Of a DNA stretch of 64,000 bases, positions 24,883-38,341 are shown in pieces. The first letter of the stretch is position 1, and every line of letters starts with the position of its first letter. Both the position numbers and the translations under genes were made by a program. The DNA lies in contig CAJINV010000014.1 of assembly GCA_905178155.1 (NCBI GenBank), positions 2,327,923-2,391,922 on the forward strand, given 5' to 3'. Origin of the DNA: Amoebophrya sp. A120 (taxonomy: Eukaryota > Protista > Dinoflagellata). Under the pieces are notes generated by a model that ran no database searches, was not told the origin of the DNA, and was given only the letters and a program-made list of their open reading frames with translations.

Positions 24883-26077
24883 TGTGATGGATTCAGATTT
24901 TTCTCTTGTTTGGTGCCGAAGCTGCTCTCAAGTCGTGGAGATAAATCAATATTCGATGATACTTTGCTCACTTCACAAACTATGTGTATGTGGAAGATAG
25001 ACCACCACCTCCGGAGGCATCGGTAGGTAGTCGAGCGCCTTGTACAATCGCCGTTATTTGCTTCTGCTGCTCATGCTTGTTTCTTGCATGCCCCAATTTT
25101 GACTGACAACTCGACCGCAACCTGCTGGCTCTGCTCTTCTCGGTGTGCGGTTATTCAGATCGGCCGAACACATACACATAGAGAAGCGTTTTGAATTTTG
25201 TTGTTCTACTCAAAACGAAAAAAAGCAGGGCTCGTTATTTCTAGTACTCTCAACGACGTATGCGAAATGATTCAGACTGAAACAGCAACGCACGCCAGCA
25301 CGACAGAGGAAATCTGGCCTCAGAGGACGTTCTTCTTCCAGCAGTACTGCCGTGTGCGAACAGCTTGTCACGTGACAACCCGCGATGCTCCTGCGTCCAA
25401 ACTCCGGGAAGAGGAAGGCGTCATCAAGCACCAGCTGGTATTTGTTTTTGCATTTTTGCCTTCCTCAGACATCATACAAAATTGAATTCGGTCCCGAGAC
25501 GCGGAGGTTTCGAGTATTCCACAAACGGTTTCTTGATGCCAGACCTCTACTCTAGTTGTACAGCGTCGCACGGTGGCATCACGCCGCACCGGTAGTGGGC
25601 CTTCATCTTGCTTCTCGCCGACGAGGTAGACTGTGACCGTGAAGAAAAAAAAATATTTTGTACAGTGGATGTGTACGTGTAGTACTAGTAGTAGTAGGTG
25701 TGGTGCATTACAAAAAATTTTTGCAACAAGGTGCGTGAGCAAATACATCCCAGGTGACGGTCACCAGGACCGGGCACGCCGGATTAATCGATAGAGTCGG
25801 AAGTGACTCAAACTAACAAGAGCAATTAAATAAGTGTATGCTAAAACATAAACAGGCACAAACACAAATCATATCGAATACCAATAATCATACATGCTCG
25901 TCAAGGGTGTGCTCTACTATATCTTTGTGCTGGTTGTCACTACCAAGAAGCGCAGATATACTTCGGCTATTCAGAAGATTTCTTCAAAAGCCCTGCTCCT
26001 CTTGACAACCAATATAGTACAACGCCTATCGACAGGCTCCTCGCGCCGGAGAAGATTTGATACAGTCGATACGCTCC

Positions 26078-27503
26078 TTAGAACAAATCGATGATAAAAT
26101 CCCCCACATCGCCCGCGAAGTCGCCTAACTCGTCGATGACGAACTCAGCTCCGTCCCCAATCGTGCCCGCGGCGTCGACCGCGAAATCGCCGACATCTCC
26201 TACCGCATCGGTTGCGAACGCACCTACGTCCTGTGCAGCATCCGCAGCAAACGCACCTACATCTTTTGCGGCGTCCGTGGCAAACGCACCCACGTCCTGC
26301 GCAGCATTCGCGGCAAACGCACCTGCGTCTTGCGCAACGTCCGTAGCGGCCGCGCCGACATCCTGCGCGGCGTCCGCCGCAAAGGCGCCAACGTCTCCTG
26401 CCGCGTCCGCAGCACCAGCAACCACGCCGTCCAGTTGACCTGTACAGAAGTTGGGGAGAGTTCTACTACTTTATTGGTGGACAACGACAACACAACTGGA
26501 AATCTGAATTTCATCATTTTCATCAAATTTACTTAGATAGCTAGCTACCATTCTGCGCCATGACTCCCAGGGCCACACCACCCCCGATTACTGCCGCGGC
26601 GCCAACGCCCGCAGCCGCGCCGACTGCGACTCCTTTCCCGTAGCCCGGGCCAGATTGTCCACCACTCTTGTTGACGTCACCTCCACCCGCACCGTTATTG
26701 GAGTTAGCCAGCGCTGGCTGCGAGCCGCCAGCTGCAGTGCCTGGCTGCGCGACAATCTTCGGTCCCAGTGGAGGAACGGGAACGAGCAAGGTAGCGCCCG
26801 GTCGAGCGTTTGGCGGGACGGTTACCTGTCGTCATTATTTTTAATATCTTGTGCTTGTCATGCGTGCGCGTGCCCATGAAGAAACAACATCACAATGATG
26901 TCCTCCGTCAGTAGTTGTAGTAGAAAACATCGGAAAAGTTAAAGGTAAAGCGTACAACAATTATACCTGCATCATGACAGCTTTGTTATGCGGGTGCGGC
27001 ACGTGAAGCACGTCCCCTCCACGGGCGGTTGTCGGAACTGTGACGCAGATCGTGGGGCCTGGCGGCACGACCGGACGGTCCGGCGGCCGCAGGTTTGGCG
27101 GCGCTCGAATTTGGCGGCGCTTACCCGAAGCGAGATTTACCTAGTTGTTGATGGTGGTCTGATGTGGTCGCGGTGATTTTATTCATTCATTTTTTTTGTG
27201 AGGAGCATACAACTCTGTCGCAGCACCAGCTCCGAGCACTATTATCAATTTTTTTTTTTCCTTCCACCGACAGACTCTACTTCGTGCAACATATGATTTT
27301 GCAAGTTCGTATGATGATCATCAAACATCATTCGACAGTACCTGGTTCATCGTTCCAAAGTTGTATTCGTAGCTCTGCCCTCGCAGCTGGTATCTGCAGT
27401 TCTTCATGCCGCTCATGTAAGCGCGGGTCAGAAAAGCATTCTCCTCGTCGCTGTAGTCCCGCCATTGGCCGGAGAGCTTGATTTGAAACTTGAACTTTCC
27501 CAT
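26078..27503 (-). CDS. WWE-domain protein with a hydrophobic segment and C-terminal 11-aa repeats
   Basis: Four exons with GT-AG introns (27503-27342, 27140-26967, 26825-26549, 26439-26078). WRDYSDEENAFLTRAY...YEYNFGTMNQ|VNLASGKRRQIR fits WWE; the tail is (DVGAFAADAAQ)n. Confidence 0.8.
26100..26420 (-). repeat. Coding tandem repeat, 33-bp unit (11 aa, DVGAFAADAAQ-like)
   Basis: About 8-9 degenerate units are visible in ORF 26078-26425. Confidence 0.85.
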
Positions 27504-28556
27504 TTATTTTGACTTAGATAAAGTTAGTAAAGTATCTATCAGTCTCAGACAGTCGCCTACTTTTCGAAGCTAAAAATGAAATTAGGAGAAGACTACAGAA
27601 AGTGTGCTAATTAGAACTGCTCTGGACTAAGGACGAAGATACAACGTAGCACCTTCTCCACTTCGTCCGGGAGCAACGTGCGCGCTCGCGTACTTAACAA
27701 TAAGAATGGTAAAGGTCAAACTCCGCCAAAATCGAATTTGATTTCAATGCTTTTCCGCAGCTTTGCAAAAAGGGAAAGGGTTTGAATAGGTAAGTATTAG
27801 GGCACCACTTTACCAAAACTGTGCATTTTTTGGAACGGCATCAAACAAAAGGAAAAGAACAGCACACTCATGAGATTGGGCATGGTTCAGACGAGCGTTG
27901 CACTTCTATTGCTAGCAAAAGCACGTGCGCAAATGTAAAACCGATTTGCATGAACTTCGGAAGAAATCCTCACTACAACTCAGAAAAAGAGCGCAGCTTG
28001 TTCTTGCTACAACATTATGCTCTAGCTCTTTGTTCTCTCAGTAAAATCTATCTCTCTCACAGTACAGGTTCGTTGTGGCTAGAGCTACCACCATTACGGA
28101 AAAACCTTCTAGGACAACCGAAGAACTGTCTGCAGCAGAAAGTGACATCTCGTTCTAGGCGACCGATCATGGACGACAGCTACATGTACTTAAAATTTTA
28201 GCGGAGTAACAAAATAAAACAAAAAGAACAAGAGCTCGCTGAGAGCTCACGCCTGTATTCTTGCTGCTTGCTTCTATTTTGCAAAAGCGGATCATGTGCA
28301 GAAAAGTTAAGCTGCTCTCGTCACATGCGATTGGTCGTCGTAGAGATGAAAAAAATGTAGCATGAGAAATAAATGTTGTCGCGGTTTTGTTCATCGTCGA
28401 AGGTATACCGGTATTGTGAAGGTCCACGTTCAAACATTTTGAGAAAGAGCAATATATTTATATTCGTGGTCCCACGTAGCCTCCTCGACAAAGTCGAAAA
28501 ATAAATCAGCTTGTATAAAACTTTCTTTCCGAACAACGAAGAAGCTCGACGAATGA

Positions 28557-31500
28557 TCATTCGCTGTCCGTCATGGGTTCGCCGTCCATGGGCCCTAGGG
28601 TTGGATCATCGAGTCTGTCCGCCAAGTCCGTTTCTCTTTCCTCCCTCTTCCCATAGTTTCCGCTGTCCCGCTTCCTGCGACGCGTTTCCTTAACGACGTT
28701 TTCGTAATGATCGAGGATTTTGTCATTTTGGTCGTACTTCTTATCGTAATCCCGTCTGTAGCGATCATCTTGTTCCCCCCGGTCACCGCCGCGATTCCGG
28801 CTTTCATAGAGATCTTGGTACCGCTCACGGTCGCGCGCGTCCCGCTGCTCCCGCTGTTCACGCTCCCTCTCACGTCTGTCTGCCCTTGAGATAGTTGTCC
28901 CAGTTCCTGCGCCACTTGTGGTTGTTCCATGGAAGTCGTAACTAGCGTAAGCGTCCTCGTCTTCCTCCTCATTAGTCGCTTCGGGGGTGGACTTTTCGTT
29001 GTGGTTGCTGTAATAGTCGTTGTTGTAGGCGGCTCCGCTCTCGTAGGTTTCAGCATGATCATCTCTGTTGCTCCTGTTTCTAGCACTATACTGATCCCGA
29101 TCGCGCCTGTTGTAGCGATTTGAGTTGTATCTCCTGTCGTCGTCGTTTTGGTCATCGTCGGACATAGCCTGTCCGTCGAGATCTTCATGTGAGGCGTTAT
29201 CATGATCTCCATTGTCGTCTGCACGCCAGCGGTCTTGACCACGTCTGCGACGATGATCTCTTTTTCGGGAGTCGTTGCCGCGACGGTAATTCTTGTAGTC
29301 TTCCTGGTCATCTTCGTTGTAGTATTTCTCGCCGTTTTTAGCTGCATATAAATCTTCCGAAGAAACACTCTGCAGCCGCTGCAACTTTTCCTCGTGCTCG
29401 TAATCTTCATCATCCCTTGGGGACGATGACTCGCCGTCTCTTCGCCGCCGCTTCCTATTGCGACTTGTTCCAGCAGCGACCTCCTCTTGCGAAAAGTCGT
29501 CTTCAACACCATCTTCTGCGCTTTCCCGTGGCGATGCTGAGGCAGCAGATCTATCCTGAGATCTTTTCCTTCGCTTCTCCACTTTATTTTTCTTCTTTTT
29601 ATTCTTTTCGTCGCTCTGTACTTCCGTTTTCCACAAATTTTCATGCAGTTTCCGCCTTTCCGCACGCATTTTCTCCATGTCAGCCTCCCGCCCGCAGTAC
29701 CCCTCCCAGGCCTTTGCCTTCTGAATAGCCGCCTGCCGTTTTTCTTCCTTTTGGATCTCCCGCCACTTTTTGTTATCCACTTTCTGATTCGACACGAACA
29801 ACTTGTGCAAAATCGTCGCGTACTCATCGTGTTCCTCGTTCATTTTCCGCAGTTTCTCACACTGACACCAGTTGTCCCTCTCCGCCTGCTTCGCCAAGAC
29901 GCGGTGGAGCTCTTTCGACAAGGGGATGCCGTCCAAGTTCCCGTAAACCGGCTTGTTTTTCTCGTGGAAGTCCCTTGTCGCGGCGGTTCTCGCGATGGAA
30001 ATCCCCACCGCGACCACAGGCTTCGCGACCGCGACGGCAGTGGCCACTGGGACACCAGCTGCTGCTGTGCCAGATGAAGATGTCGAGACAGGAACTGGAA
30101 CCGCGGCGCCAGATGAAACCGTACCGCTCGCAGTTCTTTGCTTTTCCGGAAGCAGGTTGATGTCCTCTTCTTCGTCTTCCTCCTTCTCGTCGAAAGTGTA
30201 CTCGTTGCCGTTCGAAATTAAGTATTCAAACATCGCCAGCTGCTCCACAAGAAACTCCTGTCCAGTCGTCATTTCGCGGTCTTTTGCAGCGGCTTTCTCC
30301 TTCTCTATGCATTGCAAAAGTATCGTACTAGTATAAATTGCATCACAAATTTTGTCAAGAAAAAAAATGGAATTTGTAATGCTGATTTACCTAAAAAGGG
30401 ATATTTGTCATGCATGATAGCAATTACTACGAGTACGATACTTTTGCACAGGATATTCTCGGACTGGTGTTTATTCTTTTTCACCTTAGCCGCGGCTCCT
30501 TCCGGCTCTTCTGCTTTGGGGTTTTTGCACAGCAGCCCCCTCTCCCGGCAGAGTTTCTCCAGTTGGGAGAAATGCTCAAACTTCGCCCACTCCTTGCGCT
30601 TCTGAGACATGCGCGAGCACTCCTTGTAGTCGGAGATGGAGATTTCCCTTGAGAAACTCAACAAAAACGTCGCTTTCAAACCCTGTAAAAACATCGGGGA
30701 GAATAAACACGATTCCTGCCAGGCGGCGAGAATCCGGCAAATCCGGCCGGCGAAGTACTGCTGAGGGAATCGCTTGTTGTCGTTTGTTAACGAAGAGGTG
30801 GAGGTACTAGTGGACTGCGTCTTGAAGTAATCCTGGGCACTGAACATGTTGAACCCACTAGCTGCACCAGATAAATTTGTGTCGATTTCGTTTCGGTTTC
30901 CTTCTTTCTTGTTTCTCTTCTTTATCTTTTCATCATTCCCCGAAGAAGTTGTACTAGGGTTGCACTGCGTGTACAGAATCTTCCCGTACACCCAAAACAT
31001 CTCCGGTAGATGTTGTTCCAGTTCTTTCCGGTAGCACCAAGCCCTCGGTTGGGATAGGGAGGACGCGTTCTGTAACAAATCTGAGATCAGGTACATCCTG
31101 GCGATCGCGGAGTCGATATGGCGTTCTCAACCGTTACACTCTCAACTGTTACATGATTTGTCATGCAAAATTACCTTCAGAGTCGACACCATCAAGCTGC
31201 TTCGTATGACAAATTCTCAGAGGGCCGAGCAGGCTGATAATCGGTGCCAAATCTGTCATGCAAGACGCGCAAGATTCCCCCTATCACTTTTACCATTCTT
31301 GCATCACAAATTTATGTAACAGCTGAGAATGTAACAGTAACAGTTGAGAACGCCATAGTCGACCAGAAACCGGTTGTATTCGAACATGGCAGAGTCCTTC
31401 ACTTCTTCAAATTTCTCGAATTCTTGCTTATCGCAGAGAAACTCCGCCGTCGCCTGCTTGGCGGAATTCGCGAATCGCTCCATCAGAATCGCCATGGCGC

Positions 31501-34048
31501 CGTAGATCGACTTCCGGGTCATTTTGAGTTGGCCGATGAGCTGCTCGAGCTCCTTTTTCCCTTCCTCGTCGAGGGGCTCCTGGCCCGCGACCTTCCGGGT
31601 CGACTGCTGATTCGACCACTTTGTATCCAACTGCTCTCTGATGTTCATGGTTTTCATCTGGTTCTGCACGGTACTATTACCAGCTTGGTCAAGAAGAGAA
31701 GAATCAGGCCCACCACGTAGAACGCCGGTGACGATGCCGCTCGCAGCCGCCGCAAGCGCCTCTTCCTTGCTGGTGAACACCGATTTTTTTTCCTCCAAAA
31801 TTTCCTCCTCCGTGCCATTTTCCGTCCGCCGTCGCTTCCGCCGGTAGGCGCCGGCCTCCTGGGGTATCGCGTAGTAAAACGCCTCGGGGATTTTCGGGGG
31901 GATAAACACCGGGCCGTTCCGCACCATCTGGAACGGCTCCGTGCGCCAGCGGGTCCTTTCGTCGCCCTGGGTATAGGCGTACACCCGCCACTTGTAGTAA
32001 AGGGCTTCCTTCTCAGCATAGTTTGGGTCTCTCGGGTCCAGAAGAAAGTCGGCATTGACGAGGGAGGTAGTAGTTGTAGTAGCGGCTGAGATAGATGAAG
32101 AGGCGGTCTTAGTTTTTTTCGCAGGTGAATTCTCGTTCATCTTTTTGCGCTTCTTTTTACTCGAAGATTTCTTTGCGGTTATGGGAGAAACATCTTCCCC
32201 ATCCCCTCCTGCTTCATCTTCGCCTGAGGACTCTGATGACTTTTCTTCTTTGCCATGATCAACCTCCTTGATGTCCTCGTCGGCCTCCGAGTCTGATAAG
32301 TTCTTCTGGTTCTGTTTGTGGTCATCCTCATCGTCATCATCATTCTCCTGTCGCTCATGCAGCTTTATCGCAGCATGACTACTACTTTCCGCGAAGTTCA
32401 GAATGCCCTCTTTCACGTCCTGCCGGATCTGCTCTTCAAATGTATACCCGCATTTTGCTACGTACTGCGCCACAATGTCGATGAACCGGTGCTGTTCCTT
32501 CGTTTTCGGCACCTCTATCGTGATTTTCTCGCGGCTTTCCTGCTCCTTGGTCTTTTGCTTCATCTCCTCGAGCAGGATGTCAAGGTCCTTCTTCTTCTGG
32601 TCCTTTTTGCTCATCGTGTTTTTCTGCTGGTAACGGCTGGCCAGATTCTGCAGCTTGTCGTCGAAATTGAGTGCAGGTTTAGGTTCAGCTGGCGTCGGCT
32701 TTTCATTTTTCATCGTTTGTTCACCCGAAAAATTATTGTCGCTTTGCTGCACGTGTTGTAACTCCGGAAGATTTTCTTGCTGCAGCGCTTGCATTTGTTG
32801 ATTGATTTTCTGCTGGAGGATCTGTTGCTGCATTTGCACCATCTGCATCTGCTGAAAAAAGATATTCCCTGAAAATTAACCATCCCCATCCAATTTGTCA
32901 TGCAAAACATACATAAAATCATGTGTTTGTCATGCAAAAAGTGGATGGGGATGGGTAATTTTCAGGGAATAAAAGATCACCCCGTCGTATTGATTCGTGC
33001 CTGCACCGGCACCGGCGGGCGGGGTGGGAAAGCCTGGTAGCGTAGTACCGCTCATTGTCGTGTTTTGGTCGTTTTGTCCCATTATCAGAGACTGATTCAT
33101 GAAGTTACTCGCAGCGGTGAAGGGAGCGGCTTTCGGCTGCAGAGAAGGTTGGAACAGTGCATTTTTTACTTTTGGAGGTGGTTCTGCTTGTGCTCCTTCC
33201 GACTTCACCGTATGATCTGCTCCTGCAGTCGCGCGGCCATTCGCCGGCGGGGGTTTCTTGCGCTCGTGATGTTTCTCTTCGTCTATGTCGTCGTAGTCAA
33301 CAGACTTTTGTGGGTCTGCTCGCCGACCAGAGTCTGTCCGTCCGTCTTCCTGTTCCTTGGAGCGGTCTCTACTCCTCTTTCCACCTCTTGAATCCGCCCG
33401 TCGCCGCTGCCGCTCATTCTCACGGAGGTCACGGGTGCGCTCGCGCGGTTTTCGTTCTTCCCGACCCCGAGAGAAGTCCTCATTCATGGGAAGATCAACA
33501 TCTTCTACTGCTCTGGTACTTCTTCGCTGCCGATCGCACGCTCCTGTCGTGTTTGTTGTAGTTCTCGCCCGTGAGTCTGCTCCTCGCTTGTTCTCCACCG
33601 TCCTTCTAGCACGAGGAGCATCTCTACTGTCTTTGATATCCCGTGCGGATCTTAGTGGAAGCTTCTCGTCCCTCCCCGAGGACCCAGAGTCGGCCCGTTT
33701 CGACGCTTGTTTCTGTTTGTCTTTCTGAAGCCGCGCGATCCTGCCCTCCTTCTTCCGGTCGTCCTCTCCAGACGAGGTCGTAGAAAGTCTTGTTGCGCGG
33801 GTAGTGGTTTTATTTGTCGTGGGCTTAATATCCCTACTGTTGCTCGCAGGAGCCCCCGGTGCTCTCGCCGCTCTTCTGCTGTCCTCGCGCTCGCGGCTGC
33901 GCTGCTCCCGGTGCTGCCGCCGGGACCGGGCATCTTCATGATTCTTCGTGCTCTTTGCAGCAGCTCCCTTGTCGCGAGAGTCTTCCCGTCGCGCGGGGGC
34001 TGCTCCGCGACCGCCACGGGGGCGAGATTGTTCGGCGCGGGATTTCAT
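28557..34048 (-). CDS. U2SURP: U2 snRNP-associated SURP-motif protein (SR140/RRC1-like)
   Basis: SURP RFIDIVAQYVAKCGYTFEEQI; YYKWRVYAYTQGDERTRWRTEPFQMVRNGPVFIPP; CID-like LKMTRKSIYGAM...ARMYLISDLLQNAS; NLDGIPL; RS/RD-rich termini. Four ORFs join in frame across three TIR elements. Confidence 0.88.
30306..30455. mobile_element. TIR intron/introner, family A (150 bp)
   Basis: Ends tatgcattgcaaaagtatcgtact ... agtacgatacttttgcacaggata; direct repeat ttctc. Frame restored (QSE|KEK). Confidence 0.92.
31117..31357. mobile_element. TIR intron/introner, family C (241 bp)
   Basis: Ends tatggcgttctcaac ... gttgagaacgccata; direct repeat gtcga. Frame restored (FLVD|SAIARMYLISD) inside the CID-like domain. 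Confidence 0.92.
32863..32971. mobile_element. TIR intron/introner, family D (109 bp)
   Basis: 30-bp TIR tattccctgaaaattaaccatccccatcca / tggatggggatgggtaattttcagggaata; direct repeat aaaga. Frame restored (GVIF|FQQMQM). Confidence 0.92.
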
Positions 34049-34900
34049 GCTTGCACGTCATGCGCCGCTGACTCACGAATATATGGCGCGTGGTGGAACA
34101 AGGTAAGAACTAATGGTGACTGAGCCCTGACGGGATTTTCGGGCACCTACAAACTCTGGGCAGGAGGGTCGGGATAAGTATATCATGGGTCATTGTTTGC
34201 GCTTGGGTTCCTGTGTATGCGTCAAGCTCAAGTATCGCTACACGCTACCATGTCATATTTTTTTTTTTGGAGCGAACGTCAATGTTATGTCGCCACCTCG
34301 AGGGAGGTTTGTCTGTGTGCCTGTCATGTAGAAAACAAAATAGTACGCCAGGAGAAAAAATACACTTGTAACTACTGCCGCAGACAAAGTGAAACACTAT
34401 TTGTTGCCTTGAGCTACCTTGATCTTGATCTTTGTTCGATAAAAATGCAGGCAGAGATCCGGAAAAGAGTGCTCGTCGGAGATCTTCAAAAAGGCTGGTG
34501 CAAAAATTTTGATACATCATCCGTTGGTCTGCCTCTGCGCTTGTGCAGTGTGATCATATGATCAGCACATTGATAATAATACCTATCCGCGGAACAAAAT
34601 GCTAGTGCAACTGCTGGAGAGCCTTCGTCGTCAACTTAATCATTGTCGCTCGTAGACAGCGACGCGAAAGCTTTCCATTTTTCTCAAATTCTGAAACTCT
34701 CCTGTATTCTCAACAAATTGACCATCACTACAGTCGTGAAGATCCACTTTGTCTTCTTCTTCTATTGCTGCTACGACTAAGTTCTTTTTAGATACTAGCA
34801 GCGTCTGCGACGGATCAACATTTTGGTGCGTAGGTATCTTCTTGTTGGTTCTGTCCCTTTCGACGCTGGTGCTACAACCAGCACTATCTCCAGAACCTGT

Positions 34901-37900
34901 CTAATCCTTCTTCCCAGCCATCCCGCCCGCGGCCATGGCCCTGGATAAACGCCACCTGGTCTCCTTACACGCACACAGTTCCGCGTTTCCCAGGAACACC
35001 AGAACCACGAAGATTGGAACTAGGTACGTGACCATGCCGAACAATGGGAGATAGAAGTAGAAGTTCCACAGGAGAAACACGACCGACCCCAAGCCGGTGA
35101 GAAAGAAAAGCGCGGTCTTGCTGTGGGTAAGCAGGGAGAGGTTCCACCTGAAGGGAGTTTTTTTGCGTTGGGTATCATGCGAGATTTGTATCCTCTCCGC
35201 CAAAACAGTAAGTTTGTAGCACAGGAGTCAATCATGCAGACTTCTGCATCAATAAACGCGTACTAACATCTTGTTCTACCTTGTCACCATGGCCAGGCAC
35301 ATCACCCCGAAGAGGAAGCAAACGAGTGACACGAAAATGGTTGGCAGCAAGTGATTTGGCCTTTTTTCCGGTTTTCGAAACATGTGCTCGATCGGTTCCA
35401 CCGCGGCAAAATATTTAAACTCCGAGGTCGCCAGCGCGTTGTGCAGACTGCTGTCCTTCCGCAGCTCTTCCCCCTGCTTCGGCAACTTGCTGTTCGTGAT
35501 CGTCATCTCGCTCGGTTGGGAGAAGACGAATTCGATCGTGCCGATTTTTTCCTCGATCGCGTTCTTGATCCGCTTATCCCCGACGATAATGGAAAGTTCA
35601 TAGAATCCGTCGTAGGCGAGCATGCATTTCTTCGAGCTCAACGCGCAGCTGAGCTCGAAACTAGTCTGGTCCTCCTCCTGTTTCGCGTTCAGCCACACGG
35701 TCTGGGTGAGGGGAAGGCCGAGGGGCCTTTTCGCGCCGGACTTTTCCTCTAGGTACTTCAAGAGGAGGGCAACCTGGAGGGTGGTAAATAAGATCCGTTC
35801 TTTTTCTCTTGATGTACTTATGTAGACGTACTTTATTCAGGATCAGGATTGCAGAATGAAAACGAAGCTGAAGAACCTTCCACATGAGCAAGACCTTGAC
35901 TCCTCAATGGAAAATACAGTGCGCCGCACCTCGTCCAGGAGGCAAACAACATCAACATATGACGTGTAGTACTAACCTGCTGCGGCTTGACCGATTTCCC
36001 AGTTGTCCCTACGTCACTGACCGTCATATCTAAATACAAGCTCATCGTGTCGTCCAGTCTCAAGTCCGCCTGCAGCTTCTTCCCGTCCTCCAAGGAAAAA
36101 GCCGTCTCTGCCTGGTGCTTCTTCGTGCCGACATCCAAAGTCAAAGCCATGATCTTCGCCGTGTAGGGATTATCGGCCAACTGTCGCTTCAGTTCCTTCT
36201 TCTTCGCTGGTGTCGGAGGTCTTGCTGGCTTGTTTTTCGCTTTTTCTTTCTTCTTTGAAGTTGTAGTGGTGGTAGTTTTGGATTTTGTAGTCGTGGTTGA
36301 TGTAGTGGTTGAACTTCTAGTTGTTGTACTCGTAGTACTACTACTCGCCGTTGCCTTTGGTGTGTAGGACAGTTCGAAAGTTGCTGCCTTGCCCGTTTTA
36401 CTAGAACCGACTTTGAACTTCGCGGTCGCGCCTTTGTCGGTAGGTGCGGTGGCCTGAAGATTTTATGTATGGGTGCCGCGAGCAAGATGATGAACAACAT
36501 AAAAATGCGCAAGAAGAGTAAACCTAAACCATGACATAATTTTTCTGGTTGCACCTTGATCTTCGCCTCGTACAGCGTCCCGTCCGAGCCCTTCGATGAA
36601 CTCAGCTTCGTCTCTTTCCCATCTTCAACCAGAAAAACGCTCTCCAAATTCGCGCCAAAAAAGTCCGAGGCTTTCAGTTCCAAGCTCTTCTCGTTACTGC
36701 TCACAACTTTTGCGACCACGACATCTGCAGCGGACAAATCCAAAATTCCAGACGCAGCAGCGCTTTTCAAGGCAAAGAGGGCGAAGGCCTGACGATTTGT
36801 TTCACATAGACATAGAGCAGACCCGGTTTCAGGTTATGCTTCAACATGTCCGTCTGTTTCTCGTCAGCACTTGCGGTGGAGAGAAACTTTTATGCAGCGG
36901 CAAAACAACAAATACGCCCATAATTTTCCTACTTACTTTCCGTACCCTGTGCGCCGGTCCTGCTTTCTCCATTCCGTGCTTCACGTTCGTGAGGAATTTT
37001 TTTTTCGATTCCGCAGTGTCCTGCAAAAACGTTTTCCGCAGCGTCGCGAGCACCGCCTTTTTCGAACCGCCGAGCCATACAGTATCTTCCCCCTTGTCCA
37101 TGGCGGCGAGGAGGTCCGAAAGCGCGACCATCAGGGTGAAAACCGAGTACGCTTCGACGTACTTGTTTCCCGCGTCAAAAAGCGCCTGGGGCTCGGGTAG
37201 TTCTTCCTTGTTCTTCGCAAACTTCTTGCCGAAAAACTTTTCGTTTGCCTTCTCGAGGAGGTCCTTCGGAATGTCAGCGGCCTCCTTCCCGCGGAAATCC
37301 TTTGCCATGGCCAGTGCGGTAAGGATCAAAGCGCTCCCCGGGGCGGCGGACTTCCTCTGGTCTTCGGCCAAGACGGATTTCAGAAGAGCGAGGTACCTGG
37401 ATTCAGTTTCAGATGAAAGTATCTAGTTCATTTGAATCGAAATACTGCAAGAAATGCGTTTGATGATCAATTATGTCCACCGCGATAGAAGATCAACACA
37501 ACTGCAGGTACAGCTACAAGAACAAATTGAAGTCATCTATACACGACCTGGACCATCTACATCTACTTCCATATCAAAAATACTTTTTCTTCTTCGACTT
37601 TGCTTTTGGTGCCGCGGACAAACCGCGGATTGCGTAGTACTGCTCCAATTTGGACGCGTTCTCGTCCGTCAATAACACATCCAGCGCCTTCAGACTCGGA
37701 AAATTCGCCTTTTCCCGGTCCACACATTTCGTCTTCCCATCATTCAAGTCCTGCTGCGCCAGCAGGTAGAACATGGTCTCTCTCGCGACCTCGTCTGCGG
37801 GCGTGGCGCCAGTGGTTGCGTTGATTTGGATTGCTTTTTCGTCGGCCAACTGAGCACAGAGCGCTTGTTGAGAGAGCGGGAGTTTCGTTTGTTTCTTGTC

Positions 37901-38341
37901 TTCCTGCTGAAAAATCTGCTGAAATTTCCGGTAAAAAAAGACATCGCCGGCGGTAGCCATTTTCTTCGCGTCGGAATGGAGAAAACCGTCGGTTTTGTCG
38001 AAGAGGATGGAGGACTCTGAATACATAGGCTCGGACACGACGATCGCGTCGGATGGTGAAGCAGGTTGTGCTGCGGTTGCGGTGTGGTGGAGCAGGAGAG
38101 TGGAGGAACACGTGGCTGCCGTCGAGAGAAACACTGCTCGAGTCGCTCTGTAGCGCAAGCGGTTTCTTCTGGCGACTGCGCGGCGGCTCTCTGAGTAGGA
38201 AAGTAATGTTGGGCCGACCGGCGGCGCGTCCGATCGTCCTGCACTCGGTGAGACTTGCCGACCATGATCACCGACACTTGCTTCACTGCCCGACATCCTT
38301 GCGCTACGTTCGGGTGAGCAGCTACGCTGTAGGCTGTCCAT
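34901..38341 (-). CDS. RPN2: Ribophorin II (oligosaccharyltransferase subunit 2/SWP1), multi-exon
   Basis: C-terminal YELSIIVGD..IKN..., EPIEHMFRKPEKRPN followed by three hydrophobic helices, typical of RPN2. Thr/Ser-rich insertion at about 36250-36360. Exon boundaries only partly resolved. Confidence 0.8.

Noticed and set aside
37951-37963. cggtagccatttt resembles the dinoflagellate spliced leader (CCGTAGCCATTTTGGCTCAAG)
   Set aside because: Only a 12/13 match, antisense and inside RPN2 coding sequence (KKMAT); chance is the simplest explanation.
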